Shown here in pieces: positions 1 to 13,009 of a stretch of 64,000 bases of DNA (within the stretch, counting starts at the first letter, position 1; each line of letters starts with the position of its first letter). Made by a program: the position numbers and the translations under genes. A model generated the notes under the pieces. That model was given only the letters and a program-made list of their open reading frames with translations. It was not told where the DNA came from and searched no databases. The DNA comes from Lytechinus pictus (Eukaryota). The DNA lies in the NCBI RefSeq assembly GCF_037042905.1, contig NC_087248.1, positions 22,940,001 through 23,004,000 on the forward strand, in the 5' to 3' direction.

Positions 1-361
1 GTTCGGATATTCCGAAGGTTCGTATTTCCAAAGGTTCGTAATTCCGAAGGTTCGTTAATCCGAAAACGAAATGAGGTTCGTAATTCCGAAGGTTCGTAAG
101 TCCGAAAACGAAATGATTAACGAATCTTATTTCGTTTTCGGACTAACGAACCTTCGGAACAATGAACCTTATTTCGTTTTCGGATTAACGAACCTTCGGA
201 ACATCGAACCTTATTTCGTTTTCGGATTATCGAATCTTCGGAATAACGCCACAAATGTTCGGATTAAAGAACCCTTTTACGTTTTCGGATTAAGGAACAT
301 CGAGGTATAGGCAATTTACGTGTTTCGGAATTACGAACCTTCGTAATTACGAAGTGTAACC
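1..361. repeat. Foldback-like array of short CCGAA/GGTTCG subrepeats (truncated by window start)
   Basis: Units such as ccgaaggttcgtaat flip to the reverse complement near 120-130. The array ends in gtgtaacc and abuts the right part of a MITE like that at 38826-39052. Confidence 0.8.
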
Positions 362-431
362 GTTTAAACTGTTTAAACAATTACTGTAAGGTTCATATAG
401 TAAACAGCGTTGTATTTTTTTTACTGTGTAC
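362..431. mobile_element. Right end of TACAC-type MITE
   Basis: Nearly identical to 38980-39052 (tttaaactgtttaaacaattactgtaaggttcatatagtaaacagcgttg...tttactgtgta). Confidence 0.75.
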
Positions 432-1877
432 AAACCAAATGTACATAACAAACCGACTTGGCAATACGTGTTTATCTTCGTCATGGTAGTTAACTCATTC
501 ATTCATTAATTATTTCTTTCATTCATTTTTCCCATTTATTTTCCTTCATTCGATCATGCTTTTTTTAATCCTTCTCACTGTCATCCATTCATTCTTCCAT
601 GCAGTCCTTCATTCATTCAGTCATACTTCCATTCCTTCCTTCCTTCATTTCATTCTTCCATTCTTTCCTTCATTCCTGGGTACCTTCCGCCTTTCCTTAC
701 TTTAACCATGCATTCAACAAAAAACAAATAATAAAAAAGAGCATCATTGTTTTTCTTCACTTATTTCAGTAACTTTCGTTTCCACCCGCATGATATTGAA
801 AGCTTACCGGGAATTCGACACACGACGATCGAGTGCCGAGTGCAGCCGATGTTTGCCGATGACAAAAATTGTCTCTTCGGGACAAGTCGGAAGACAGCGT
901 CATCGATATTTTGAACAGCATTCTCACAAGTCGGAGCTTCCCATAAATGGCTGGTTTGAACACAGCTACATTGGCAACCTGTAAATCAATTGACCATGAT
1001 TAGAATAACGTGGCATTGAAAACACTGGCGTACAGATGGGGGGCTGTGGGTTCTTGCCCCCCCCCCCAAAAAAAAAAAAAAAATCACGAACAGGAAGAAA
1101 AAAGAGAATAGGAAAGGAAAGATAACGGATAAGGGTGAAATAAGAGATTATTTTCTGAAAATTATGTCAAAATCTATCACAAACTTGGATTTTTGTATGA
1201 ATAAAAATGTCAAAATTTGTGCTCTTCGCTTTCACGCGAAACATTTTAAGAGATTTTACCCGATACGCCAAATCGAGCCCCCTCTAATCTTTCCGCTCAT
1301 TATGCCACTAATTGGAACCAACACAATCATATCTTAAAAGAGGACTGAAAATTAATGTGCATTGTCTCTCGTTGACTCTGTGTTGTAAATAGTTAGTCTT
1401 GAAATATACCTTTTGAAATAGCTATTATAAATCCAGAGAGTAAATAAGCATTAAATTAGGCGGGGAACCTAAAACGTCTTGAAAGGGTATATGCTTTGCT
1501 ACTTGGTAACATAATCACTGCGGTATGAATGTACAGAGTAGTAAGTTAAAATGTTATTATTCAAGTGAGCCTATATTCCAAGACTACCATACCCAGAATG
1601 TTGAATCATGGGTTAAGAATCTGACCAGATTAAAGGCTGCAGGTTCGCATTTACTCATAATTCATATTCTGGTTTTTTTTCGGAGAAACGGTGCATGATA
1701 CAATAACTTGACAATGCTATATTTCTTCTATACGAATGATTACATTTTATTTGTGCGTTATTACGTAGATCTGTAAAATTATAATTGAAAAGTATGGTTA
1801 AATAAAAGGACCTGGATATGACTGATATTTACTCTAGGCAATTTACATACATATTTATGCGATTGTAACAAAGCTGA

Positions 1878-2042
1878 TGGGTGTTTCATAAAGCGTATTT
1901 AAGAGCGACTGGTGAAGCTTTCTTACGCGCAAAAAAATCGCCAATGAACATTAGTGGTGAATATCATTTACCACAAGAGAGGATCACCAGTCGTTCTTAA
2001 AGTCGCTGTTAACTTACGAACAGCTTTATGAAACGGCGCCCA
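1878..2042. mobile_element. Short hairpin MITE family A (Harbinger-like)
   Basis: Ends tttcataaagc / gctttatgaaac. Further copies at 3642-3812, 27882-28057, 28057-28238 and 53695-53875. Confidence 0.75.
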
Positions 2043-2773
2043 GTTCTGCTTTAAATACTCGCATACAGTGATAAAGGTAAACAAACTTGCCAAATCCAGG
2101 TGGAAAGGTGTAGGCCTATACTTTTCTACCAATCGTAAAAAAATGATTATTTCATGCATTATTCAGGGGTATAGGGGAAATCAGGACACAATATTAAGGG
2201 TACTCTGAGACAGGGCCCTAGGGACGATTTATTTACAGGGTGCTAGCGTAAATTTGACAAGCAAAGAAAAAAAGGTTTCACTCCAAAATGAAGCTCATTT
2301 TAGTTCCCCAGCACCCCCGCTTCCCATGGTTATACTCTGAGATCGAATGATGATTAGGAACGCACCATTAGATATCCAGGGGGGGGGGGGGGGCTAGAAG
2401 GTTTTTCCAAAAAAATTACTTGCTATATGAGCAAAAAACAAAAAACTTGACTCATCATCAGAGTAAAAAAAATAATGGTCCACTGTCATATCATCTCAAA
2501 GGGGCCAAAAAAACCTTTTCTTAATGGAAGAAGGAAAAAAAACTTTACTCAAAGAAAAAAGGAAAACAAATATTTGCATCAACCCAAACTTTCAGCCCCC
2601 CCCCCCCGGGTATCTAATGGTGCGTCCCTTAGAGGGACCTGTCATAATACTCACATATAACTGCACATCCAACAAATATAAACCCGGAAATCAGACGATG
2701 TCTCACATTGTCCAGAAAATTCTCCATAAATGAAAAAGAGGGAGTAAAAAAAGGTTAAATATATAAATAAATA

Positions 2774-2805
<32 letters not shown>

Positions 2806-3436
2806 TGTACACATTAACATAAACGCACATTATAAATGATTGAAAATTCGAGCGCCGAGCGCTTATTAGCGTAACTCTAGCATTACAAAACGAGAATAAA
2901 CAGCGGGAAAGAAAAAGGCGATTAAATATTATCAATATAACATGTACAATTACATCGTCTTTTTAATAGTTGACCATTTTTTCTCTAGATGTATAAATGA
3001 TTTTTATTCGATAATCTTCTTTTTAAATACAAACACCTTGTTATTCATACAACTTTTTTAACACAAAAAAATGAAATAGGCCTTTTAAAATTGCAATATA
3101 GTTAATTGATTGATAAATAAACGAAGATATTAACAGATCATACTTACCATTTTCTACTAAACCTTTTCGTCTCCCTCTCTCTTTCTTTCGCTGGGGAAAA
3201 CTCCCAATAAACAGTGATATATCCCTTTCACTCCTAGTGTCCAAGCGCGCCCGATTTCGTGAGCATACTGACGGCCAATCAAATGAGGTTTGCCAATCTA
3301 ATGGAGCAAGGAGCTTGTATCATCACCAAACTATAGATTTATTAAACCACTTATGTGTCACTCTGGCACATGGATGCCAATCCAGAGGCGGTGATCTTGG
3401 TTTGAAGAATAGGAAGATGTTGATATAAAAATTTAT

Positions 3437-3606
3437 ATACACTCTAAAAACACGTTTACCCAATATTGGGTAAAATGAGAACATGCATGTTGGTTGGGTA
3501 ACGCATTTTGCCCAATATGGAGTAAAAACAAAAAATACCCAGCAAAAATGCATGTTGCCTTTTTACCCAATATTGGGTAAAATTTTACTCAGTGTTTTTA
3601 GAGTGT
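3437..3606. mobile_element. TA-flanked MITE (tacactctaaaaacac...gtgtttttagagtgta)
   Basis: Terminal inverted repeats plus internal palindrome tttacccaatattgggtaaa. Confidence 0.75.
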
Positions 3607-4264
3607 ATAATGCTTGCGGAATTAGTGATCAGCTTTTTCTGGTGGGTGTTTCATAAAGCTGTTCGTAAGATAAGAGCAATTTTAAGAACGACTGGTGATC
3701 CTTTCTTTTGGTAAATGGTATAATAAATTGGCGATGGCCGCGTAAAAAAGGATCACCAGTCGTTCTTAAAGTCGCTCTTAAGTTACGAACATCTTTATGA
3801 AACAGCACCCTGGTGGTTCATCCATTTGCAATGTGGAAGATATAAAGATGTAGGGTTGTTTGTGGAGTGCGAAATATTTATCATAAACAAAGTTATACAC
3901 ACAAGGGGAAAAACACTGCACTGTACAAACTTTAGTTTTAAAAGTAACACCAGTTGGCGTCCTTAGAGGACCACACCCTGAGGTGTTAAAGATTAGACCC
4001 TAGAGATTGAACATAACACCAAAGAGTGTAGAAGTACCAACCCGGTGTTGTGATAACACCCATAGATGTTGAACCGACATAAAAAAAAATTACACTGGAG
4101 TAAAATAATTGGTGCGGTCCTCTATGTTCACTAGTTTAACACAAACGTTTTTTTTTTTGCAGTGTGGCGGCACCGTTTGCTGTACAATCCATTTTTTTTC
4201 CTGTTTGCACTCGAAAATACACATTCGCACCCTTTAATGTACAACTTGCAACATTTGTCAATGG

Positions 4265-4328
4265 ATCAACCAACCAACCAATCAATCAATGAATCAATCG
4301 ATCGATCGATCAATCAATCGATCGATCG

Positions 4329-4362
<34 letters not shown>
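4265..4362. repeat. (TCAA/TCGA)n microsatellite
   Basis: Seen directly in sequence. Confidence 0.95.
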
Positions 4363-4364
<2 letters not shown>

Positions 4365-4804
4365 TATATTTAGTCTGTTCTTGCTTCACATTTGCAAAAT
4401 GAAAAATTGAAAAAAAAAGATTTATGCGCCCGCGTGTAAGTTTGAATGACGTATAGGGCCTACCTACTTCTGGGGACATTTTACCCATCAACCGAGGACG
4501 TCATACAACTAGGGATGTCTTGGTCCAGATAATCATGATAATCAATTCCTCATTTCATTTCTAACTGTTTCATACAGTTAAAGGTTCCCGGTGGGCCAAT
4601 TAAACTCAAGTTGTGTGTGTGTGTGTGTGGAGCAGATAGGAACCGTCCCCGGTTAGCGAATATGCGCACGTATGTCCGAAATTAGCCCAGCTTGATAAGT
4701 CGATTAAAATCATTTTTTTTTTGCTAAGGCCCACTCTAAGACCTTAAACACACGTCCTCGCTTTGGCGATTAACTGTAAGTCACCAATTGCCAGATTACA
4801 ATAG

Positions 4805-4940
4805 GGTGTGTGTGTTTGTGGGTGAGGGTGTGTGTGTGGGTGGGTGGGTGGGTGAGTGTGGGGTGTGTTAGAGTGGGTGTGTGGGAAGTGTTTGTGTGTG
4901 GGGGTGTGTGTGTGTGGATGTGGGTGAGTGTGGGGGTGTA
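4805..4940. repeat. GT-rich simple repeat
   Basis: Seen directly in sequence. Confidence 0.9.
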
Positions 4941-5397
4941 CAGTGATTCACTACCCCCCCCCCCCCTCGAGACATTTAAAGTAATATTGACATAACAATA
5001 TTCAACAATCGACTGAACTGGATTAGAGCACAATGACGATGTAAACACAGCCTTAAAATCGGCATACTTGGTATATTTCATCTATGTAACCCTAGAAACA
5101 ACGCCTGCGATTCGGCTTGGACATACAAAGCATTGTTAAAATTACATTTGTATTTGACATGAAAATCATAATCTCGTACAGCTAATGGATAGGAGGCTGG
5201 TAATACCGGAATATAATGAATGGTCGAACTGTCTCGTGAACTGGATTTCAACCATCAAAACTCACATCAGGTAGGTAATTTGAAATTAATTTGGCTGTCA
5301 ATATCTAGATCATTTTCTTTTCAATCTGACTCATTAATTTTCCATCCTATCTCGTGGATTTGAAAAGGTTATGTAAAGAATTATCAAATCATATAGC

Positions 5398-5575
5398 CGC
5401 AGCAGGAATATAGTACAGAAAACTGACTGATTTTCTTCATAAAAGCGTTAAAATAATCGAATTCGTAAGTCTTCGTAGCGAATAGACGCAGCAGGAATAT
5501 AGTATAGAAAACTGACTGATTTTCTTCATAAAAGCGTTAAAATAATAGAGTTCGTAAGTCTTGGTAGCGAATAGA
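5398..5575. repeat. 89-bp tandem duplication (2 copies)
   Basis: cgcagcaggaatatagta...tagcgaataga starts at 5398 and again at 5487, with a few substitutions. Confidence 0.9.
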
Positions 5576-6063
5576 AGTGTCACATTTCTTCAATCATAAA
5601 TTGTTAATATTTTGATCCTTTTTTTTGCAAACTAACTCGACAAATTGTCCACGCTATCGCTGATTGAGAAATGTTAGAAAAATGTTATGCACAGAACGCT
5701 TAGATCAAAAGACTTTATAGTTGACGACATGTTACATTTTTTTTATAAGATTGAAATACTGTTATGAAAAGTCTAAATAACGAATAGAAAAACTAGTTAT
5801 TATCGAAAAAAAACACGTTGGGGGGGGGGGGGGGGGGGACTTAGGCCTATAAAATCAAACAGGTTCTATGAATTAATGGTCATATTCAGACTGAAATAAC
5901 CATAACTCGAAGTGATTTGGAAAATATAAAGGAATCATTGTGTGAATCCGCCAATCAATCAATCCGTCGATCTTTACCTCTAGGACGTTACCGTCTGATT
6001 CACAGGGAATTTCAGAAAGTCTGACTAGATGAATATCTTAATATGTTATCAATACCTCTCAGA

Positions 6064-6105
<42 letters not shown>

Positions 6106-6593
6106 GGTGTGTGTGTATATATGTGTGTTTGAATATCTTTTTCAAGATTACATTTTTCTCAATAAGGAATTATCATTTACAACGTTTTTCTTTCTCATAC
6201 CATAAACCAAGTATAAAATAAATAAGCCTATAAATTGATTATGGAACTTACATTTTATAAAATTCAGTGCACATGCTGATAGATTATTAAAATTATTTCG
6301 CAAAGCTGGTCAATTTTTTTTCCTTGAATATGCTTTAGATGTCTGAATTAATTTGGAAATGAAGTCTATCTATATCTATAACTATTAAATAGTTGTAAAT
6401 TCCATGGAATGTTCTATTTCATTTTGACCCATCCAGCTGGCCATAAGCGACACTCGTGTCGGTGATGCAGTAATATTTGTGATCATGGGAAATGAAAACA
6501 TATCCGAGGGAAAAGATAAATAGGAATCACCGAACTGTTACATAGCAAGCAAGACTTTGTGTTGGTTCAGGAATAACAATCCAACAAAAAGCG

Positions 6594-6607
6594 GTTGCCT
6601 TGGTAAC
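6594..6607. promoter_or_regulatory. RFX X-box-like motif GTTGCCTTGGTAAC
   Basis: Close match to the X-box palindrome GTTGCCATGGCAAC, ending 3 nt before the ATG at 6611. Confidence 0.45.
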
Positions 6608-6610
6608 ATC

Positions 6611-7669
6611 ATGGCTGCTCGCCTGCAAAAGTCAACCGAGGCCGAGAAATTTCGCTTCTTGAACATCGCCCTGGAGAAGAAATACACTTCCCAGATTGAC
6701 ATTCTTACTCGGCAGCAGAAGGTTGCCCTGAGTCAGATCTATCGCGAGAGAAGGAAGATCGAAGTTGAACTGGAGCATCAGCGAAACGCGAGACTCACAG
6801 ACCCAATCCCATTTCATCTGCGCGGAGGAGGAAACAGGATTGGCGCTCCGATTTCGTCAAATATTAGGAGGAACTCGGCATCGCCGGAAAGTCAACCGGG
6901 CATGCGCAGAAGCGTAAGTGAAGGTGACTTGTTGGGGTTGCCGTCCGGGATTTCGCGCGCGCAGACTCTGATTCCGCCAGTTGGAAACACTTCGAGTCGG
7001 TCGCCCGGGGTGTCTTCTAAAAGAAGGGTGCGTTTCAAAGATGACCCCATGGAGAAAGAGAAAGAAGAAACCACTCAACAGCGACCAAACCCGATGGATT
7101 CGTCGGGACATCGAATGGCAGACGTCATCCTTTCTCCCGAGCGGCTTTTCGACTCCACAAGGGCGTTGGCGGTCTACAGGCGTCTTCAGAGGAAAGTCCA
7201 AGACTCCCTTGAGCACGGAAACAATTCGAGGAACCCCGAAGCTGCAGTCGAATCCACGATGAAGCTCATGAAGAGGAGACAGCAACGAAAAATGCGAGAG
7301 GAGCAAGCCGAGGCAGCAAAGAATGGCGGGAAACGACCTAATTCTGGGCCCGAGCAAAACGCAGCTGGCCCTGATCGCAAGGTAACCGGGTCATCAACGA
7401 AAAAACGATCACGAGGATGGAGAAAGCCTGATCGAAGAGAGCATGGCGGTGGTCGTTCTACGAGCAGAGAGGCATACCGTTTACCATCATTCACAATGGA
7501 CGATGGATCGCTTCATTTACATACAAAGACTGATGATGATTTTAAGAAACTGGAAGGCCGGAAGGTGATGGAAAGAGAAACTGATAAGGTATATTTTGGT
7601 AAGATCAAACAGGCGGAGGAGAATAAAAGGGTGACGAAAAAGATTGATGACTACCTCGCCAAATACTGA
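6611..7669 (+). CDS. Uncharacterised ~352-aa protein, single coding exon; N-terminal coiled coil, basic disordered middle, RVxF motif
   Basis: A GC-elevated open frame over 1 kb in AT-rich DNA, with start context aacatcATGG. N-terminus EAEKFRFLNIALEKKYTSQIDILTRQQK...ERRKIEVELEHQR is heptad-like; KRRVRF is present. The ORF-track start at 6557 is a TTG, not used here. Confidence 0.8.
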   Translation: MAARLQKSTEAEKFRFLNIALEKKYTSQIDILTRQQKVALSQIYRERRKIEVELEHQRNARLTDPIPFHLRGGGNRIGAPISSNIRRNSASPESQPGMRRSVSEGDLLGLPSGISRAQTLIPPVGNTSSRSPGVSSKRRVRFKDDPMEKEKEETTQQRPNPMDSSGHRMADVILSPERLFDSTRALAVYRRLQRKVQDSLEHGNNSRNPEAAVESTMKLMKRRQQRKMREEQAEAAKNGGKRPNSGPEQNAAGPDRKVTGSSTKKRSRGWRKPDRREHGGGRSTSREAYRLPSFTMDDGSLHLHTKTDDDFKKLEGRKVMERETDKVYFGKIKQAEENKRVTKKIDDYLAKY

Positions 7670-7705
7670 CTCGGGAGTCTTTCTTATAACAAGAGAATAT
7701 TGCGC

Positions 7706-8356
7706 CCCGGACGGGCCACTTCCATTGACGGGTGGATACCATGCGCGACCAAGGGGTCTTGAAAAGCACCCTAAACACGTATTTTCCATATTCTTAAAAT
7801 GCACCCCTTAACAAGTATTGGCGTGTGAAACCCTACCCTTAACAAGTATTGGCAAGTATTCCCAGAATTGAGCCCCTAAACAAGTACAGCGATGTATTTT
7901 CAATATTCTGAAAATGCACCCCTTAACAAGTATTGGAAACAAAACGATACTCTTGGCCAGTATTTCCTGAAATGAACCCCTAAACAAGTACAGCGATATT
8001 TTATTGTTATGTCACGGGTCCGTCCGATCGTTGGTTTTACGTTACACACCATTATTTTGGTTTAGTAAGGCCCGACCTTCCACACCTCGCGCAAATCGGA
8101 CTCTAAACACGTAGTGTTGGGGCAAAAAGGACATCCTTTATGAAACATTTTGATTTTGTTTTATCATCCCCGCATATTTGACCCTAAACACGTATATTTT
8201 CCGAGCGAAATAGATACCCTTTTTTCAATATTTTTGTGTTTTTGACACCCTTATCACGTTACGTACGTAACGTGCCCTATCTTGAAAAAGACATCCTTTT
8301 TACGTGTTTTTTTGGTCGCGCATGGTATCCACTCGTCAATGTAAGTGGCCCCCCGG
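7706..8356. mobile_element. Non-autonomous DNA transposon with CCCGG ends and 8-bp TSD
   Basis: TIR gggccacttccattgacg.gtggataccatgcgcg / cgcgcatggtatccactcgtcaatgtaagtggccc. TSD tattgcgc on both sides. Second copy at 43873-44664. Confidence 0.9.
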
Positions 8357-9141
8357 TATTGCGCTAAAGTATCGAGTGATATATTTCCCTTAATCAGAAT
8401 TGGGCCTAGTAGGTAAATACTAGTACGAGAATGAGGGTAACTCAACAGGTTAACAGCCTCATTGTTATATTCAAGAACTGAATTGTATTTTTTTCATATC
8501 AAGCTTTCATCACCAAAATTTGCTACATATCAATTTTATATTGGTATTCAAAATAATGGCAAAAACTTGTGGGTGTGTGTTTCTGTGTGTATAATAGATA
8601 ATACCCAAGTAGCTAATTTAAAGAAATCTCTAATAAAAATTCGGCATACGACAAAGGAGGTAAACTCATTTTTTTTTTTTCTTTTTCAAATTGATCACGA
8701 ACACGTCAAGTTCATGTTTTCCCCGAAAGAGAAGAAAGAAAAATATTTACGACTGGGAAATTTACCCTTGGTTTACCATCATAACTTAGTCCTGATATCT
8801 TCAATATTTGAAAGAAGAAATCAAGTTAAACGATGATGCCCAATGATGAGTTAACATTGTTTCCACTGAATTTTAACACCAACAAAAACACAAAAGCACA
8901 AACCCATCCAGCTTCCTATCCCCCCCCCCCCCCGAAAAAAAAATCCACTAAGGATCACATTTCACAGACCAATATTTAACAAATCATTTCATCCTTCATT
9001 GTGGGGGGCGGTGGGTTTTTGCAGGGGGCATTGAAAATAGTACAGAAAAAAAGTATCAAAAACAGGCCTGGGTTGTGTAACTCTACTACCCTTGTAATTT
9101 AAATTATAAAAAAAGAGATGTCACTTATTGAACCCCCCACC

Positions 9142-9256
9142 CAGAAGAGGCAGAACGTCAGGCTCATAAAATGAAAGTGGAGGGGCACCTATTGTTTGGC
9201 AGACAAAAGGTGCCCCTCCACTTTCTTTGTCCGAGCCTGATGTTCCGCCGCCTCTG
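9142..9256. mobile_element. ~115-bp hairpin MITE
   Basis: Long imperfect inverted repeat (gaaagtggaggggcacct / aggtgcccctccactttc), flanked by ccccacc on both sides. Confidence 0.65.
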
Positions 9257-10791
9257 CCCCCACCTCAAATACTCTGTTAACAAACACCCTTGTTCATTGC
9301 AACAAACATTTCTAAGTACTCTGTAAATGGAATTTCTATTAAAATCATAACAAAGGCACCATGTTAACTCTTCTTTGTTTATACTTCTATACTTTATTAT
9401 GACAATTTATGTATGTCTTGCTGTACAAAGAACTATTTACACATGCAAGTTTTCCATACATTGTGCATGATTTAGAATATTTACTTTAGAGTCATTGAAA
9501 TCAACAATTATTTCCACATTCAAAATCCCACAAGTAAGCTGTATGGGCCTTATCGACATTTAAATTGAAAGAGTGTCGCATTTATCTCAATAAGGACAGT
9601 CCAGAGGCCTGTTTCATAAAGGGACTTACAACTATGGTAACTTTGCCAGTATGGGGACTACCATGGTAACAGGGCTCAGGAGCCAATCAGAATCGAGATT
9701 TCAGTGGAATTACACAAAGTTAGCATAATTGATTATAAGTCTTCATGAAACAGGGCCCTGGTTTACAATATGCAATTTAAGATTCAATGTTTTAATATAT
9801 CTCATACATTTAACCCCCCTCTAAGAATTAAAAAATCGAGATTGATTGTGTTTATCTCCTGTGACACAGTGTGGATCCATGGGCATCAGCGCAGAGGACT
9901 ATCTTTTGTTTTTATGGGGACGCAACAATAGATGTTCCCCACTCCCACCCCCCAAAAAAAAACATTGAAAATGAATTTAGTATAAAATCCTCTGCACTTT
10001 GCACATGTCTGGATCCATTACATAAAACTTCACCTTCATTTTGATTGGCTGCTGACCAAGATATCCATGGTAATAACAATTGATACCAAAGTTGCTATTA
10101 ATGTTATTTTTCATGCAATTTGCCCTTGTTTTGAATCCTTAGAAAATGAATTTACTCCTATTTGAAATCAAAACCAAAATAACATTAATTCTACAAATTG
10201 CATATGTCTTGGGCAATGAGTGGATGTCAAAACAGTTTATTTTTAGTTACAAAGACCATACTATTAATAGAAGAGTGTGAGTATTTATGTCCTAGATACG
10301 ACCAAACACATTTCTATTCAGATAGGAATATTCGCTTGAAAACCAGTAAGGCACTTTTAATAGCGACAAGTATGTCTTTAATAGATATATAACCAAGCTT
10401 AATTGACATCTGTACGAGTTGTATACTAAATTTATATATATATATATGCTATGAAAATTGATTCAAATTTGGAACATTTTGATTTAGAAACTTTCTTCAG
10501 AAAAGATTTCAAAAAAATGCATGAGAGGGATGCAAGATTCTATTGCTGTACTTCATTTCCGACATGCAATTGCTAGGCAGCCAATGATCAAATGTAAAAG
10601 ATCATACACACACAAATATTATAAAGAGAAAACTAGATAAAAACAATAAAACTATGTTTCAAATGCAATAGTACAGGATTGAAGGCTGCCAAGCAGATAA
10701 ACAGCCTAGTGAAATTAAACAGAACAAAACTTTAGGTTTTTTGGTATCATTCTACACTACAATGTGTATTGGACCCAGTACTTACAAAATC

Positions 10792-11008
10792 AGGTGGTAT
10801 TTCACAAAGATTTAAGTATAACTCAGAGTCGCAATTAAATGCCGACATGTAGATGATATGCAACACACAATCTTATTAATCAATACGCAGTAGTGCGCAT
10901 CCTCTTGGCATGATGTGACCAATGTGGTCATGCCTTTTATACTGCACGCAACTAGGCATTTAAGTGGGACTCTAAGTCATTCTTAAATCCTTGTTAAACA
11001 CCCCCCAG
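10792..11008. mobile_element. MITE family (tttcacaaagatttaagta...cttaaatc)
   Basis: Inverted ends. Homologous to 53135-53470, with relatives at 30338-30668. Confidence 0.7.
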
Positions 11009-12916
11009 GTCAACTTATTTCTTCTTTTGACCAAGTACTTGGGTAATGTACCCAAAATATAAGTGTAAACTTAAACAATGCCGTGCAATTGAAAAAATAC
11101 AAATTACTGCATTGCAAAAATAACAATTCAAATTTAAACTTTCAATATATACATATTATAATACAAACATAACAGTGTCTCATTCAACCATCCTATTTCT
11201 TGGAAGTGAATTATTAATATGAAGTTTGAAAAAAGTTAGCAAACTTTCTTCTTTTCATGACATGATCTTCGAAATAAAGCTTAATTCACGGTAAACAGAT
11301 AAATACATGACTATGTATAAAGTATACAATCCGTCTGCAGCGATTTGAAAGTGGCCTGAATTCTAAAGTCCAGTTTAAATCATCCACACACGGTCTAACT
11401 CTATGCTAAAGTTAAGGTAAGCTGTATATATCTTGATTTGATTACATTGTATGTATTTTATGTTTACTGTGCTTTTTCCTCCTGCTTTAATGATGAAGAA
11501 AACTATTGACTTGAGTCAACAACCACAACAAGAGACCAGTGTTTGAATTTAGAATACGGATCAATGAGTTTAGAGCATATATTAATTCTATATATATCAA
11601 GAACTGATTATCATGTCTACTTCATTTCATGAAAACAGGTAAAGCATATTACTCTACCAACATGGTAAAGTGTAGATGTGCCCATTCACCTCAAATCCTT
11701 CAATAAATAAGGTGCTTTGAAATAAAATCAGAGCCCATATAATTACCTTATCTAAATTGTTTGTGCTTCAAAGAATACATATATAATTATGTATACATGT
11801 ATATGATTAGTCAATATGGAATATATATCTTATCAATTAGAGTTATACATTATGTCAAAGTTTAGGTTCTGCTTGCCTAAGTTACATCAATATTTTAACA
11901 TTCATTTTTACTCTATGTTTATTGGGTTTTGAGGTGAATGGTCACATATATTCTACAGAATATTGGTAATAAAAATAAAAATTGGCAAGGTTTAAAGCCC
12001 CTATAGGCCTTACGAATGGTGTATCTACAGCATGACCTTTGGAACAGTCATTAACACCTAATAATAAATAAGGATAACTTTACCCCAGGTAGTTACTTCA
12101 GTGCCACAAACTGTTCTCCCAGCTGGCCCTGCTTAGCATGATAATGATATTATGTTACATCATACAATCATTACACTTTTTCCATCATAAAGTCAGGTAT
12201 GTATTAGTATAGTTATATGATATATATCTAATCATACTAATCATAAAGAGTGTAGAGTGGAACCCAACATATGGACTTGAGGGGGGGGGGGGGGCATGAG
12301 ACGACCCTCTCTAATGGGCAACTGTACAAAATGTAAATTCCTAGGGGGAAATTTTCCCCATCCCCCCACCTTCCTCCCCCCGGGACTGCAGCCCATGAAT
12401 AAAGGTATGTATATATATATATATATAAAATTTTATGATGTATTTTTGAGTTGCATCAATACCATAATATTACCATTTACTGGCTGAGGAGTATATGAAC
12501 GCAGGTTTCTCAATATGCAGTAATCTACACTGCCAATTCTTGTCATCTTCCTGAACAGAGCATAATTTGTCTACCGGTATGTCACAAATGAAATGATGTA
12601 TAACAATACAATGATGCAGATAAAGTGAGCATTTATTGACTATTCCTCCCAAACTGCACTGTTTGAACATGCCCATCATTTCCAGTTCTCAGGGGATTTC
12701 GAGAAGCTTGGTGTGTTCACATTCTGCTATCAATATACGTTACTCCATCTGCCTCTGTAGTGTGAACATGCCCAAAACATCCACTCTCAGGGGAACAAAA
12801 GAAGCCTGCTGCATTCACGTTCCATCAGTATACATGTACATTGCAGCCTCTGCATCTACAGTATGAACACGCCCACCATATCCAGTTTTCAGGTGATTTA
12901 GAGAAGCCTGGTGCAT

Positions 12917-13009
12917 TCAGATTCTTCTACCACTGTGTTGCCTCTGCATCTGAAGTCTGAACATGTCCAACTGTGACCGTCGACGTTTGTGAAGCTCAAT
13001 AAGGCTCTC
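12917..13009 (-). CDS. MAP3K7: TAK1 terminal coding exon 16 ([30 protein letters not shown])
   Basis: Phase-0 acceptor tacag; coiled-coil continuation; TGA at 12919-12917. Confidence 0.87.
   Translation of the reverse strand, partial: ESLIELHKRRRSQLDMFRLQMQRQHSGRRI

Noticed and set aside
1-361. CRISPR-like or coding repeat (ORF 71-310)
   Set aside because: No unique spacers, no cas genes and eukaryotic context; the ORF is a by-product of the repeat.
6632-7494. Overlapping antisense and alternative-frame ORFs within the orphan gene
   Set aside because: Expected shadow ORFs with no independent features.
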